NCBI GenBank assembly: GCA_043721855.1 | Contig: JAYSPY010000002.1 | Span: 8,434-72,433 of the forward strand | Reading direction: 5' to 3' | Length of the DNA: 64,000 nt | Origin: Pseudorhodobacter sp. | Lineage (GTDB): Bacteria > Pseudomonadota > Alphaproteobacteria > Rhodobacterales > Rhodobacteraceae | In this document: positions 37,706-48,607 of the stretch, piece by piece | Layout: each line of letters starts with the position of its first letter | Position numbering within the stretch: position 1 is the first letter of the stretch | Program-made: the position numbers and the translations under genes | Notes under the pieces: generated by a model | Told to the model about the DNA's origin: nothing | The model's database searches: none | What the model saw: only the letters and a program-made list of their open reading frames with translations

Positions 37706-39031
37706 TTACTGCAAAAGCGGCGACCATGCCGGATCTGACGCCGGGGTTTCGGTGGCGATCTGGCGCAAATTGCGCCCCGACACATCCACTGACCAAAGCG
37801 CTGGTTGCCCTTCGGCCCCCGCCCCTTGCCGCGTGAACATCAGCACCCGGCCATTTGGGGCCCATGTCGGGCCTTCGTCCAAAAATGAGGCCGTCAGCAA
37901 GCGTTCTTCAGACCCATCTGTGCGCATCACGCCAATATGGAAACGGCCTTCGTTTTGCTTGGTAAACGCAATCAGATCCCCACGGGGCGACCACACCGGC
38001 GTGCTGTAGCGCCCCGCCCCGTTGGACAGGCGCGCAGGCTCGCCGCCGCTGGCTGGCATCACATAAACCTGCTGCGTGCCAGACCGGTCGGACTCAAACA
38101 CGATCTGGCTGCCATCGGGCGAATAGCTGGGTGACGTTTCGATAGATGGCGCATTGGTCAGCTGGCTAAGCGCCCCCGACCCGATATCAATCGAATACAA
38201 ATCGGTATTGCCGCCCTTTTCCAACGAAAACACCGCCCGGTTGCCATCGGGTGAAAAGCGCGGCGCAAAGGTCATCGTGCCCGGCACCTGCCCCAGATTG
38301 CGCGTCTCCAGCGTGCCCATATTCATCAGATAAATCTCGGGGAAGCCCGACGCATAGGATGTAAACAAAATCCTGTCGCCACTTGGCGAAAATCGCGGTG
38401 CCAGCACGATCGAACTGGAATCGGTTAAATACTGCAAGCCCGCGCCATCATAATCCATCACGCCAAGGCGTTTCGCGCGGTTGTTCTTTGGCCCGGATTC
38501 CGACACGAACACCACCCGGCTGTCAAAATAGCCACCCTCGCCCGTGATGCGGGAATAGGCCGCATCCGCCACCTTATGCGCCATCCGCCGCCAGCTGGAC
38601 GGCGTGCCCGCAAACTGCAGCCCCTCACCCAAGGGCTGGCCCGAAAACACGTCATACAAACGAAATTTCACAACAATCCGGTCGCCCGACGCCGAAACAG
38701 CCCCGGTAATCAACGCCTGCGCATTGATCGCCTTCCAATCGGGATAGGCGACGGGCGCATCAAAACTGCTAACGTTCGAGATGAATGCATCCGCCGAGAT
38801 TTCGCGAAACAACCCGGTGCCAGACAGATCCGACGCGATCACCCGGCTGATATTGGCTGCGTATTCGCCCGCTTCGCCGTTTTCCGCCACAAAATCCGGC
38901 ACCGCGAACGGCAAAGGTTCAATCACCCCGTCGGTGATTTCAATCCGCAAAGGCCCGCTTTGCGCAAAACCGGCACTTGTGGCCCCGCAAACCATCATCA
39001 CCGCAATGCTCAGGGATTTTAACATGCTCAT
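37706..39031 (-). CDS. tolB: Tol-Pal system beta-propeller protein TolB
   Basis: Repeated FSPSGD/FSPDG/YSPDG/WSPRGD propeller motifs. ATG overlaps the tolA TGA (ATGA). Confidence 0.95.
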   Translation of the reverse strand: MSMLKSLSIAVMMVCGATSAGFAQSGPLRIEITDGVIEPLPFAVPDFVAENGEAGEYAANISRVIASDLSGTGLFREISADAFISNVSSFDAPVAYPDWKAINAQALITGAVSASGDRIVVKFRLYDVFSGQPLGEGLQFAGTPSSWRRMAHKVADAAYSRITGEGGYFDSRVVFVSESGPKNNRAKRLGVMDYDGAGLQYLTDSSSIVLAPRFSPSGDRILFTSYASGFPEIYLMNMGTLETRNLGQVPGTMTFAPRFSPDGNRAVFSLEKGGNTDLYSIDIGSGALSQLTNAPSIETSPSYSPDGSQIVFESDRSGTQQVYVMPASGGEPARLSNGAGRYSTPVWSPRGDLIAFTKQNEGRFHIGVMRTDGSEERLLTASFLDEGPTWAPNGRVLMFTRQGAGAEGQPALWSVDVSGRNLRQIATETPASDPAWSPLLQ

Positions 39032-40212
39032 CTCAACCTCATACCATCGGGATTGAATACCATCTCGATATTCTTCCACTGTTCATATTTGTCTTGGGGC
39101 AGCGGATAGCCGCCCTTTTCGCATCGCAATATAGCACGCCGGGCTTTCTCGAACGCGGACCGCTGGGCATCAGCAGAACCACCCTCCGCCCCGATAAGTT
39201 CCAAAGACCCCGCCACGACAGACCCGTCTTGGTTCATCGACACCCCGATTGTCACCGTGACATCCGCCGATTGCGATCCGGTATCTACGATCCAACAAGC
39301 CGATACCGCCACCCGCAACCCGTCTTTTTCGCCCGAGGTCATCGGTGGCCCTTGCGGTGCGGTATTGCCGCCATCCGCCACGCCATCATCCGCAGGTGTT
39401 GCCGCCGCTTCGGCCAGCGCCGCCGCGATCGCATCCGGGTCCGCTGCATTATCTACAGCAGGTGCAGTCACATCCGGCGCGGGCTTCGCCGCCGCCGTCC
39501 GCGTGGGCCGTGACTTTGGCCGCGCGCTGGATGCCGGGGCCAGAACAGGCACCTCCGGCGGCTTTTCCGTCGCCTCGGTTTCAATCACAGTGCCCGCCTC
39601 TTGCTGGGCCGTCGCTGGCTTTTCTTCCGTCACCACGGGCACATCAGGGGCTGCATCCGGCGTCACTGCCGCCACGGTCTGATCATCAATCCGCACCGTT
39701 GGATCGGGCGCTTGCACCGGCACCGGGGCCACGCGCGGGGCGGCCAAAGGCTCGCTCGGCGGTGTCGGGCTGGGCAGGGCAACCGGATCTTCCGGGGCCA
39801 CTTGCGGTGTAACCTGCTCCGGCTCCACTGCCACATCGGGCGCAGGAATTGCCGCCAGTTCCGTTGTATCCGGTGCCGCCTCAGGTGCCGGTTCCACCTG
39901 TGGTTCTGGCGGTTTGGCAGCAGGTGCTATGTCCGCCGTGGGCTTCGGCTGCGGTTCCACCGCGTCAACTAAAGGTTCAACCGGCGCAGGCGGCGTCACT
40001 TCCGGCAAAGCGGGCTTTTCCGCAGGCGTCGGCGTGGTTGGCGCTGCCGCCACCAGCGCATCGAATTCCGCCGCCGACAGAAGGGATACTTCCGTCGCTG
40101 CCATCGCAGGCGCATCATGCGGCGAAATCCAAAGGCCGCCAAACAGCACCCACAGGATCACAGCCGCATGGCCGCCCCCTGATATTAAAGTGCCTATGTC
40201 GAAACGGCGCAC
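39028..40212 (-). CDS. tolA: Cell-envelope integrity protein TolA
   Basis: N-terminal TM ([17 protein letters not shown]), long Pro/Ala/Glu-rich spacer, small C-terminal globular domain. Cluster position. Confidence 0.85.
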   Translation of the reverse strand: MRRFDIGTLISGGGHAAVILWVLFGGLWISPHDAPAMAATEVSLLSAAEFDALVAAAPTTPTPAEKPALPEVTPPAPVEPLVDAVEPQPKPTADIAPAAKPPEPQVEPAPEAAPDTTELAAIPAPDVAVEPEQVTPQVAPEDPVALPSPTPPSEPLAAPRVAPVPVQAPDPTVRIDDQTVAAVTPDAAPDVPVVTEEKPATAQQEAGTVIETEATEKPPEVPVLAPASSARPKSRPTRTAAAKPAPDVTAPAVDNAADPDAIAAALAEAAATPADDGVADGGNTAPQGPPMTSGEKDGLRVAVSACWIVDTGSQSADVTVTIGVSMNQDGSVVAGSLELIGAEGGSADAQRSAFEKARRAILRCEKGGYPLPQDKYEQWKNIEMVFNPDGMRLR

Positions 40213-40215
40213 GAT

Positions 40216-40692
40216 TTAGCCACCAGTGCCGCCAAACGTCGGCCCCTGCGTATCTGTCACCAACCCGATATTGCGAAACCCGCCCGCATTCAGCGCCCCC
40301 ATCACCTGCGCCACCCGTTCATAAGGAATGGCACCGTCCGCGCGCAAAAACACCTTGTCCGACTTGCGCTCGGCCGCAATTGCCCGCAGCTTCGGAATAA
40401 GCGTATCCTCAGCGATTTCCTCTTCCTGGATCAGCAACTTGCCATCCGCCGTCATGGAAATCGTTAAAGGCTCTTCCTGTTCCGTAGGCAAGGCCGCCGC
40501 CGCCGTATCGGGCAATTCAACCGGAATACCCGCCGTCAACAAAGGCGCTGCCACCATGAAAATGATCATCAACACCAACATCACATCCACAAATGGTGTG
40601 ACGTTAATTTCCGACATCGCCGCAGACCGCCCGCGCCTGTGCCGCCCCCGCCGCCCGCCGCCGCCCGATTTGCTTTGAACCCCTCCGCCCAT
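40216..40692 (-). CDS. tolR: Biopolymer transport protein TolR (ExbD family)
   Basis: INVTPFVDVMLVLMIIFMV single TM with conserved Asp. Cluster position. Confidence 0.9.
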   Translation of the reverse strand: MGGGVQSKSGGGGRRGRHRRGRSAAMSEINVTPFVDVMLVLMIIFMVAAPLLTAGIPVELPDTAAAALPTEQEEPLTISMTADGKLLIQEEEIAEDTLIPKLRAIAAERKSDKVFLRADGAIPYERVAQVMGALNAGGFRNIGLVTDTQGPTFGGTGG

Positions 40693-40695
40693 CGC

Positions 40696-41391
40696 TTACG
40701 CGTCCAACTGGCGCGACAGGATCGTCGCAAATTCATCGGCAAACGCCTCATAGCCGCCGATGATCCGCTCACTGTCCGCGTTCAGCTTGTTGTAAAACAC
40801 CACGGCCGGAATGGCCGCGATCAACCCAATCCCAGTGGCCAGCAACGCCTCTGCAATCCCCGGTGCCACCACCGCCAAATTGGTATTCTGCGAAATCGCA
40901 ATCTGTTCAAACGCGTGCTTGATGCCCCAGATCGTGCCAAACAACCCGATAAACGGCGCGGTAGACCCCACTGTCGCCAGAAACGACAATCCCGCATTCA
41001 GGCTTTCGCTCTCTTTTGAAATCGCCACATCCATGCTGCGGTCAATCCGCGCCTGCGCCCCCGCGATCAACCCGCCATCCTGCCGATGGCTGCGCCGCCA
41101 TTCCAACATGCCGCTGGAAAAAATCTTTTCCGATGCCCCCGCAGGTTCCGATCCGATCTTCTCGAACAACTCATCCAGCGGCTCACCAGACCAGAACGCC
41201 CGGTCAAACACCCCGGCTTCCGTCTTCGACGCGCGAAACAGCAAATGCTTGCGCACAATAATGGCCCAGGACCAAAACGACATGACCATCAGCATGATCA
41301 TCACCAGCTTTACGGTAATCGTTGCGCGCGCGAACAAGGCGAACAGCGAGAAATCAATCTCCTGCGCCATCGAGATGGGTGTGGTGTCCAT
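40696..41391 (-). CDS. tolQ: Tol-Pal proton channel protein TolQ (MotA/ExbB family)
   Basis: LATVGSTAPFIGLFGTIWGI...APGIAEALLATGIGL motifs. Confidence 0.9.
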   Translation of the reverse strand: MDTTPISMAQEIDFSLFALFARATITVKLVMIMLMVMSFWSWAIIVRKHLLFRASKTEAGVFDRAFWSGEPLDELFEKIGSEPAGASEKIFSSGMLEWRRSHRQDGGLIAGAQARIDRSMDVAISKESESLNAGLSFLATVGSTAPFIGLFGTIWGIKHAFEQIAISQNTNLAVVAPGIAEALLATGIGLIAAIPAVVFYNKLNADSERIIGGYEAFADEFATILSRQLDA

Positions 41392-41526
41392 AGGCCTGCT
41401 CTGGTTCCGGGCTGTTTCTCAGCCTCCGTTCATCACGATTCTATCTGGAATTACCAAGGAATGCCAATACAAGTCTGCGTGCAGGGCAATATGCCGCCAA
41501 ACGCCGTCACATCGTGAAACATCCTG

Positions 41527-41913
41527 TCATGCAAGCAACCCCGCCACATCGCCGGGCACCCGCACGGCCCGGCCCTGTGCCACACAGACCAGAGTAACCT
41601 TTGCCGCAAACAGCACCACAGCGCCGCGCAGAACACGTTGCGCCAAAACAATCCGCGACCCGGCAACGTCCACCATGTCCGTCTCCACCACCAGCACATC
41701 GTCAAACAGCGCAGGCGCCAGATATTCCGCCTCCAGATGCCGCACCACAAACAACATTCCGCGCTCGGCCCTCAAGCGGGTCTGATCCACACCGCACCCC
41801 CGCACCCATTCGCTGCGGCCACGTTCAATGAATTTCAGGTAATTGGCATAATAAACAAAGCCACCCAAATCGGTGTCCTCATAATAGACGCGCAAGGGGT
41901 GACTGTGTTTCAT
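41527..41913 (-). CDS. ybgC: Tol-Pal-associated acyl-CoA thioesterase (4HBT hotdog)
   Basis: HPLRVYYEDTDLGGFVYYANYLKFIERGRSEW. Start trimmed to MKHSHPL (41913). Confidence 0.85.
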   Translation of the reverse strand: MKHSHPLRVYYEDTDLGGFVYYANYLKFIERGRSEWVRGCGVDQTRLRAERGMLFVVRHLEAEYLAPALFDDVLVVETDMVDVAGSRIVLAQRVLRGAVVLFAAKVTLVCVAQGRAVRVPGDVAGLLA

Positions 41914-42042
41914 CCCGCCAAGCATGCCCTTTCTACGCGTCCGCAGCAATCCGCATAGGTGGTGACCTGACGGCATTTTCACCGCCGCATTGACCGAATG
42001 ATGTGCTATTCTTGCCTTATTAGAACGGAAAGGATTTGAAAA

Positions 42043-42858
42043 ATGATCGTGTCAGATGGTCTTTTCGCCGGCTCTATCCCGCAGCTTTATAATCAGCTTA
42101 TGGTGCCCATGCTGTTTGACCCCTATGCAGCCGATCTGGCGGCACAGCTGCAAGCCCTTGCACCAACAGATATCCTGGAAACTGCCGCAGGCTCTGGCGC
42201 GCTGACCCGCGCGTTACTGGCCCGGCTGCCAATCACAGCCCATATCACAGCCACAGATCTGAACCAACCTATGCTTGATGTGGCAGCCACCCTGACGCCA
42301 AATGATCCCCGCGTTATTTGGGCCCAATGCGATGCGACAGACCTGCCCTTTTCACACGCCACATTTGATGCCGTGATCTGCCAATTCGGCGTGATGTTTT
42401 TTTCCGACAAACCAAAGGCCTTTGCCGAAGCCTCCCGCGTTCTGCGCAAAGGCGGCACCTTCCTGTTCAATGTCTGGGACAAGATCGCCGCAAACGAATT
42501 TGTAGCCATCGCCAGCGGTGTTCTGGCCGCGCGCTTCCCCGAAAATCCGCCGGTTTTCATGGGGCGCGTTTCCCACGGCGTATTTGACACCAACCTTCTT
42601 GAAACCCAACTGGATACTGCAGGTTTTGCCGCCGTCACCGTGCAATCCGTCGATCATGTCGCTACTGCGACCACGCCGCTTGATGCCGCCATGGCCTATT
42701 GCCAAGGCACGCGCCTGCGCAATGAAATCCTCGCACTTGATCCCGACGGTCTTGGCCCCACCACCCAAGCCGTTGCCGAAGCACTCGCGGCCCGCTTCGG
42801 CCCCGGCCCCATAAGCGGCAAAATTCGTGCCTTTGTGCTGACCGCGACAAAGGCTTAA
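42043..42858 (+). CDS. Class I SAM-dependent methyltransferase
   Basis: ILETAAGSGALT (motif I), ATDLN, CDATDLPF, RVLRKGGTFLFNVWD. Confidence 0.8.
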   Translation: MIVSDGLFAGSIPQLYNQLMVPMLFDPYAADLAAQLQALAPTDILETAAGSGALTRALLARLPITAHITATDLNQPMLDVAATLTPNDPRVIWAQCDATDLPFSHATFDAVICQFGVMFFSDKPKAFAEASRVLRKGGTFLFNVWDKIAANEFVAIASGVLAARFPENPPVFMGRVSHGVFDTNLLETQLDTAGFAAVTVQSVDHVATATTPLDAAMAYCQGTRLRNEILALDPDGLGPTTQAVAEALAARFGPGPISGKIRAFVLTATKA

Positions 42859-42868
42859 GGCGGCGGCA

Positions 42869-43492
42869 TCAATTCACCAGCCCCGCCCGCGCCGCCAGCC
42901 GCAAAGCATGGCTCGCGTCCTTGGCCATTACGGGCATTATCGCGCCATAGCCTGCACGAATAACCGCCGCTACCTCCTGCCGCAGCACCGCCACATCGCC
43001 CACCATTGCCAGCGGCGACGTGTCCCGAAACGCCATGTCTGACCACAGCACAATCGTCTGCACCGCTTGGCTTAATGCCAGAGTCTCAGCAGAAACTGCG
43101 CTTAGATGCGCATCCATCCGCAAAAACACAAACGCCGCCTTGATCGCCCCTACGGTATCAAAACGGAAAATCCGGTATTGGTTCGCATCCGCGGCGGCCA
43201 GCCGGTCCACCAGCGCATCCAGCCCCGGCACCAGTCGATCCAAATTGGGCACGCCGCGCAATTCGTCCCAGTCGCGGCAAAAGAAAATCATCAGGTTCGC
43301 ACCCAATTCTGCGTCCACCTCCTCCATGGCGTGCCCCGCCAGCGCCACCACGGCCTGCACCGCCCCCTTCACCACCGCCAGCGTCGCGTCATCAACGCCA
43401 AAAACCACAGGCACAATCGGCCGCCCCCAGCGCGCAAACAGGTACCGTCCATCGGCCCTCGTAAACAACATAGCCACCGCCTCAGGCTGCAT
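42869..43492 (-). CDS. Hypothetical protein (no family recognised)
   Basis: Clean 207-aa ORF with normal high-GC codon pattern. No motif I can name. Confidence 0.5.
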   Translation of the reverse strand: MQPEAVAMLFTRADGRYLFARWGRPIVPVVFGVDDATLAVVKGAVQAVVALAGHAMEEVDAELGANLMIFFCRDWDELRGVPNLDRLVPGLDALVDRLAAADANQYRIFRFDTVGAIKAAFVFLRMDAHLSAVSAETLALSQAVQTIVLWSDMAFRDTSPLAMVGDVAVLRQEVAAVIRAGYGAIMPVMAKDASHALRLAARAGLVN

Positions 43493-43509
43493 CCTTCAAC
43501 CCTTTTTCT

Positions 43510-43533
43510 GTTCAAAAATATCCCCGCCGGAGG
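43510..43533 (+). repeat. Dispersed intergenic motif, weak copy D
   Basis: CCCTTTTTCTGTTCAAAAATATCC followed by CCGCCGGAGG. Shares the T-rich/AAATAY core and the CCCCGCSGG tail with copy A. Confidence 0.35.
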
Positions 43534-43649
43534 CATTCAGCCCTAGCCAAAAATCCAGCCCCAAACCGTGTTACCACCCCTGTAAAAATCCCTTAACAAG
43601 GATCTCTAAATCCAACACTATCAATACCATAAATATCGTGACACACCTG

Positions 43650-44678
43650 TTACTTCGCCTCAAACAAATCGCTCTGCCCCGGCAATCTTGGCGCATCCAA
43701 CCCCAGATGCCGCCACGCTTTGCTGGCCAGCATCCGCCCCCTCGGGGTGCGCTGAATCAATCCCTGCTGCAACAAAAACGGCTCGATCACCTCTTCTACT
43801 GCATCGCGGCTTTCCGAAAGTGCTGCCGAAATCGTTTCCACCCCCACCGGCCCGCCGCCATAGTTTTCCGCCAGCAGTGTCAGGTACCGCCGATCCGCCC
43901 CGTCCAACCCCAGATGATCCACGCCCAGCCTTGTCAGCGCCCCATCCGCAATCTTGCGCGTCAAAACCCCGTCCCCCTCGACCAGCACAAAGTCCACCAC
44001 CCGCCGCAGCAATCGCCCCGCAATCCGCGGCGTCCCCCGCGCCCGTTTCGCAATCTCGCGGCACCCCTCCGGTTCCGCTGGAATGCCCAACAACCGCGCG
44101 CCCCGCGTGACGATTTCAAACAACTCGGCGTCCGTATAAAACTGCAACCGCGTCGGTATTCCGAACCGGTCCCGCAAGGGCGTTGTCAGCAACCCCAGCC
44201 GTGTGGTCGCCCCGACAAGCGTAAACGGCTGCAATTCTATGCGCACGGTCCGCGCAGCAGGCCCCTCGCCGATCACCAGATCCAGCGCGAAATCCTCCAT
44301 CGCGGGATACAGCACTTCCTCCACAATCGGGGAAAGCCTGTGAATTTCGTCAATGAACAAAACATCGCGTGGTTCCAGATTGGTCAGGATCGCCGCCAGA
44401 TCCCCCGCCCGCGCCAGCACTGGCCCCGAGGTCATGCGAAACCCCACCCCCAACTCCCGCGCCATGATCTGCGCAAGCGTGGTTTTGCCCAAGCCCGGCG
44501 GGCCATGAAATAACGTGTGATCCATCGCTTCGCCGCGCATTTTGGCCGACGCTATGAATACCGCCAAATTCGCCCGCGCCTCCGCCTGCCCGATGAAGTC
44601 TTCCAGCACCTGCGGGCGCAAAGACCGGTCGGCATCCTCGGGCAACACATCCGGGCGAAGGGTGGGATCAGGGTCCAT
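43650..44678 (-). CDS. ruvB: Holliday junction branch migration ATPase RuvB
   Basis: [20 protein letters not shown], full-length match. Confidence 0.97.
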   Translation of the reverse strand: MDPDPTLRPDVLPEDADRSLRPQVLEDFIGQAEARANLAVFIASAKMRGEAMDHTLFHGPPGLGKTTLAQIMARELGVGFRMTSGPVLARAGDLAAILTNLEPRDVLFIDEIHRLSPIVEEVLYPAMEDFALDLVIGEGPAARTVRIELQPFTLVGATTRLGLLTTPLRDRFGIPTRLQFYTDAELFEIVTRGARLLGIPAEPEGCREIAKRARGTPRIAGRLLRRVVDFVLVEGDGVLTRKIADGALTRLGVDHLGLDGADRRYLTLLAENYGGGPVGVETISAALSESRDAVEEVIEPFLLQQGLIQRTPRGRMLASKAWRHLGLDAPRLPGQSDLFEAK

Positions 44679-44681
44679 CGC

Positions 44682-45353
44682 TTATCCCTTCGGCGCCAGC
44701 AGTTTCAACGCCTGCCGGATCAGATCACCCGTTGAAAGACTGGTGTCCCCCGCCACAACCGTCGCCACCGCCTGCGCGGCATCGCCCGCGCCGTAGCCAA
44801 GGTTCATCAGTGCCGACAATGCATCCGCAGAATTTGTCGCCCGCGCTTCGGCCACGCTGGGTGCAGATACCACGGCAGGTCGCGCCGATACAGGTTCAAT
44901 CACCTCATCCAGCCCCGGTGCGGATACAAGCTTGGCCCCCATCGCCATCACGGCGGGGGCCTTGGATTTCAACTCCAACACCACCCGTTGCGCGATCTTC
45001 GGCCCGATCCCCGGTGCCGCCTGAATAGACCGCGCATCGCCCAGCGAAATTGCGCGCGCTGCACCTTCTGCCCCCAAAGTGCCCAAAATCGCCATCGCCG
45101 CCTTGGCCCCAACCCCTTGCACGGTCATCAGCAGGCGGTGCCATTCCTTTTCCAGCAAGGTCGGAAACCCAAACAGCTGCAACAAATCCTCGCGCACCAG
45201 CAGTTCGGTGAACAGCGCCACCGCCTCGCCCACACCGGGCATGCCTGCCATCGTGCGGTCCGATACATAGACAATATACCCCACGCCCCGCACGTCGATC
45301 AGCACATGATCGCCCGCGCGATAATCAAGCCGCCCCGATATTTTACCGATCAT
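44682..45353 (-). CDS. ruvA: Holliday junction DNA helicase subunit RuvA
   Basis: [11 protein letters not shown]... OB-fold, HhH motifs ([25 protein letters not shown]). Confidence 0.95.
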   Translation of the reverse strand: MIGKISGRLDYRAGDHVLIDVRGVGYIVYVSDRTMAGMPGVGEAVALFTELLVREDLLQLFGFPTLLEKEWHRLLMTVQGVGAKAAMAILGTLGAEGAARAISLGDARSIQAAPGIGPKIAQRVVLELKSKAPAVMAMGAKLVSAPGLDEVIEPVSARPAVVSAPSVAEARATNSADALSALMNLGYGAGDAAQAVATVVAGDTSLSTGDLIRQALKLLAPKG

Positions 45354-45874
45354 CCCGCCGCCTTCAGAATGGCCGAGGCCAAGCGCCCCGCCGATTGCAG
45401 ATGATGCGCGTGACAGATCGCAATTGCCAGTGCATCTGCCGCATCCGGCCCGGCAATCTGCACGCCGGGCAGATGAATGCGCACCATATGGTCAACCTGC
45501 ACCTTGGCCGCGTGCCCCACACCGACAACCGTTTTCTTCACCGCATTCGGGGCATATTCCCCCACCCGCAAGCCAAATTGCGCAGGCACCAGCAAGGCAA
45601 TCCCGCGCGCTTGGCCCAGTTTCAGCGTTGCTACAGCGTCTTTGTTTACAAAGGTATTCTCCACCGCCGCCTCATCCGGGGCATACTGGCGCAGAACATC
45701 CGACAGTTGCGAATGCAGGCTTAACAGCCGATCCGCCAGATCACCCTTATCCGCGGCATCACCCTTTTCGGTATGACAAATTCCGTTGGCCACATGGGCA
45801 AGCCGCGCACCGGTAACGTCGATAATGCCCCAGCCGAGGTTGCGCAAACCCGGGTCGACCCCCAATACCCGCAT
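45350..45874 (-). CDS. ruvC: Crossover junction endodeoxyribonuclease RuvC
   Basis: [16 protein letters not shown]..., [21 protein letters not shown]. 4-nt overlap with ruvA. Confidence 0.95.
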   Translation of the reverse strand: MRVLGVDPGLRNLGWGIIDVTGARLAHVANGICHTEKGDAADKGDLADRLLSLHSQLSDVLRQYAPDEAAVENTFVNKDAVATLKLGQARGIALLVPAQFGLRVGEYAPNAVKKTVVGVGHAAKVQVDHMVRIHLPGVQIAGPDAADALAIAICHAHHLQSAGRLASAILKAAG

Positions 45875-45908
45875 ATCCGCCCTCTTTTTTCTCGTTTTTT
45901 ACCGATTA

Positions 45909-45923
45909 GCACGAAAAGAGAAC
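45909..45923 (-). promoter_or_regulatory. Candidate alphaproteobacterial LexA (SOS) box upstream of ruvC, one mismatch
   Basis: Minus strand reads GTTCTCTTTTCGTGC, i.e. GTTC-N7-GTGC versus the GTTC-N7-GTTC direct-repeat consensus. Lies 35-49 nt upstream of the ruvC ATG. Confidence 0.3.
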
Positions 45924-46195
45924 ATCCGCCAACTTCTTTTGACCGACGATAAAATCTGTAGCTTGCAAGAAAGCAGATGCAGAAATACGTCGCTTGCCGC
46001 ACCCGAACCGACATTTTCGGCCTGAATTCGGGTAACCTGCAGAAAAAGATGCCTAAATCGTGACTAAAGCTATGCACGCCACGCAAAGCCGGCTTGCCAA
46101 AGCGCCATCTTGCTTTGCACCTGCGGCAAGATTAATTGATTTCCATCAGGTACAGATGCCCACGCAATGAGCAGTTTTAGAAAAGGATAACCGCC

Positions 46196-46396
46196 ATGGC
46201 CGCCACCAACACGACCCGCACGGCGCCGCTGGGCGCTATCACAACCTACCGTTTTATTCAGTTTGTTTCAGCCGGCGCTGCAGCTATCGGCAACTGGAAT
46301 GACCGTCGCATGACCCGCAACGCCTTGGGCAAATTGTCCGACCGCGAGCTTGACGATATCGGGCTTTGCCGTGGTGATATCAATCACGTGGCCTGA
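46196..46396 (+). CDS. DUF1127 small protein
   Basis: C-terminal LSDRELDDIGLCRGDI is the DUF1127 signature. 66 aa. Confidence 0.8.
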   Translation: MAATNTTRTAPLGAITTYRFIQFVSAGAAAIGNWNDRRMTRNALGKLSDRELDDIGLCRGDINHVA

Positions 46397-46430
46397 ATAA
46401 CGGCGCATATGCCAAAGGCCCGGATCTACC

Positions 46431-46465
46431 AAAAAGGCCGCATCTTTAAGGGATGCGGCCTTTTT
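46431..46465. terminator. Bidirectional intrinsic terminator
   Basis: AAAAA-GGCCGCATC-TTTAAGG-GATGCGGCC-TTTTT. Perfect 9-bp GC-rich core stem extended by two A:T pairs drawn from the flanking A-run (left) and T-run (right). Lies between convergent genes. Confidence 0.85.
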
Positions 46466-46492
46466 CATATCCAAAGCTAAAGTTGCTGCCTG

Positions 46493-46849
46493 TCAGATCA
46501 GAACGGCAATCGTTTCTTGCAATTTCGCCGATACAAACACCGTCACTGGGTCGGCTTCCATCAGATAGCCACCCAAACGGTCAAAGCCTTCGCCCGACTT
46601 CAGTTGGGCCACGCGTTCGGAATACACCGACCCGCCTATTTGATAGTGAATTGCGCCCTTGAGGCCAAACGCGCCGAACAAAACAATCAGCGTCGGCTTC
46701 AGGATTGAAAATCTGGAACGCGAAGGCGCATGCTGCGAATAATACGACCGGCCAAGCGTGCCAGAAGCTTCAAATCCATAGCCCTTTGCCCGCGCTTTTT
46801 TGATGCGGGTCACTCTGCCGTAAAAATCAACCATATTCTGGTCTGCCAT
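46493..46849 (-). CDS. Hypothetical membrane protein
   Basis: One TM (ILKPTLIVLFGAFGLKGAI). ATG at 46849 is preceded by AGGTG at 5-nt spacing; ORF track start is 46894. Confidence 0.5.
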   Translation of the reverse strand: MADQNMVDFYGRVTRIKKARAKGYGFEASGTLGRSYYSQHAPSRSRFSILKPTLIVLFGAFGLKGAIHYQIGGSVYSERVAQLKSGEGFDRLGGYLMEADPVTVFVSAKLQETIAVLI

Positions 46850-46942
46850 AATCACACCTAAACTAATACAACGGCCCAACTCGCCATGTGACACCAGGTA
46901 ACAGTCAACTAAGGCAACATTAAGACAGCTGCCTTGTTTTCA

Positions 46943-47815
46943 TCACAGATGACGCATCACCAATGTCGACCATTCGCCAATATCTTCGCGCGCAATTGCG
47001 GCAAACCCGTTCGCGGCATAAGCAGCCTGCACCGCCTCTGCCTGCACCACCAGCAGACCGGACAAAATGACAAGACCGTCTTTTGCCACATGAACGGCCA
47101 TATCCGGGGCCAGGCCTATCAATGGCCCCTTTAGAATATTCGCGAATACCAGATCAAAACGACCAGCAGCCGCGATCCGTTCATGGCCAAACCCTGCCGC
47201 CTCCAGACATATCACCCGGTCGGCCAAGCCGTTGATAGCTGCATTCGCACGCGCCACATCAACAGCCACCTCATCAATATCGGATGCAATAATCACCGCA
47301 TCTGGCAAAATCGACGCCGCCGCCATCGCCAGAACCGCAGTTCCACAGCCAATATCGGCTACCCGAGCCGGGGCAAAACCGCCCGTCACCAAGCGGTCAA
47401 AAGCCCGCAAACAGCCCAGCGTCGTGCCATGATGACCAGTGCCAAAGGCAACCGTTGCCTCGATTTGCAAAGCAATCTTGCCGGCTGGCACCTTCTCCGC
47501 ATCGTGGCTGCCAAAAACGAAAAACCGCCCCGCCTCTACCGGGCTCAGTTCACGCCGCACCTTCGCCACCCAATCAATTTCCGGCAATTCCGACAGCGCA
47601 AACGGCTTTGCGCCAAACGCCATCGCCAGCAACTCCAACGTGGCACCCATCGGCGGCTCCAGAAAATAGCCGCCCACTTCCCAAAGTCCCGATCCATCCT
47701 CAATCTCGAACACGCCAACGCCGGTGGGTTCCGGCACCATCCGCTCCATCGCGTCGGATAGGCCAAGTGCGGCTTCTTCACCCAGCAGGGTGGTCAGGGC
47801 TGTAAAGGTTGGCAT
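46943..47815 (-). CDS. prmA: Ribosomal protein L11 methyltransferase
   Basis: FGTGHHGTTLGCL, VADIGCGTAVLAMAA, ASDID, ANIL motifs. Confidence 0.9.
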   Translation of the reverse strand: MPTFTALTTLLGEEAALGLSDAMERMVPEPTGVGVFEIEDGSGLWEVGGYFLEPPMGATLELLAMAFGAKPFALSELPEIDWVAKVRRELSPVEAGRFFVFGSHDAEKVPAGKIALQIEATVAFGTGHHGTTLGCLRAFDRLVTGGFAPARVADIGCGTAVLAMAAASILPDAVIIASDIDEVAVDVARANAAINGLADRVICLEAAGFGHERIAAAGRFDLVFANILKGPLIGLAPDMAVHVAKDGLVILSGLLVVQAEAVQAAYAANGFAAIAREDIGEWSTLVMRHL

Positions 47816-47884
47816 CGACTTGGCCTTTCAGAGGAACAGGCGCCGGATAGCCCCCGCCCCCGCCTTCGTCAAGTATTGACCTCG

Positions 47885-48541
47885 TCAAGCCGCCACACCT
47901 GTGCCGATAGGGCAGGTCACGCCAGTTCCGCCGATGCCGCAATACCCATTTGGGTTCTTCGCAAGATACTGCTGGTGGTAATCTTCGGCAAAATAAAACA
48001 CCGGGGCTGGCAGAATTTCCGTGGTGATTTTGCCACGCCCGGCGGCCGTCAACGCAGGTTGGTACAGATCGCGCGATGCATTCGCTGAGACCGCCTGTGC
48101 ATCCGAATAGGTGTAAATCCCCGACCGATAAGTAGACCCCATATCGTTGCCCTGACGCATGCCTTGGGTCGGATCATGGCCTTCCCAAAACAGTTTTAAC
48201 AGCGCGTCATAAGACACTACGGCGGGGTCAAAGATCACCCGCAACACCTCGTTATGCCGGGTCATCTGGGTGCAAGTTTCTTTGTAGGTGGGGTTCGGCG
48301 TGGTGCCCGCCGCATAACCAACCATGGTCAGCCAGACACCCGGAACCGACCAGAACTTCCGCTCCACCCCCCAAAAACAGCCCATGCCGAACATCGCGTC
48401 GACCATACCCTCCGGCACAGCTGATTTCAGCGGCAGCCCGGATATAAAATGAAACTCAGCCGTAGGTAGCGGCGTAGCCCGCCCCGGCAAAGCATCTTGC
48501 GGGCGCACCATGTCAGATTTCTTGCGATCCATGAAAAACAT
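47885..48541 (-). CDS. msrA: Peptide-methionine (S)-S-oxide reductase
   Basis: [13 protein letters not shown] active site, full-length. Confidence 0.95.
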   Translation of the reverse strand: MFFMDRKKSDMVRPQDALPGRATPLPTAEFHFISGLPLKSAVPEGMVDAMFGMGCFWGVERKFWSVPGVWLTMVGYAAGTTPNPTYKETCTQMTRHNEVLRVIFDPAVVSYDALLKLFWEGHDPTQGMRQGNDMGSTYRSGIYTYSDAQAVSANASRDLYQPALTAAGRGKITTEILPAPVFYFAEDYHQQYLAKNPNGYCGIGGTGVTCPIGTGVAA

Positions 48542-48607
48542 GTCTGTCTCCGTATTTGAATATCTTCAATATAGGGCAGATGTGGCTTTGCACCAGCCCA
48601 CGCGCGT

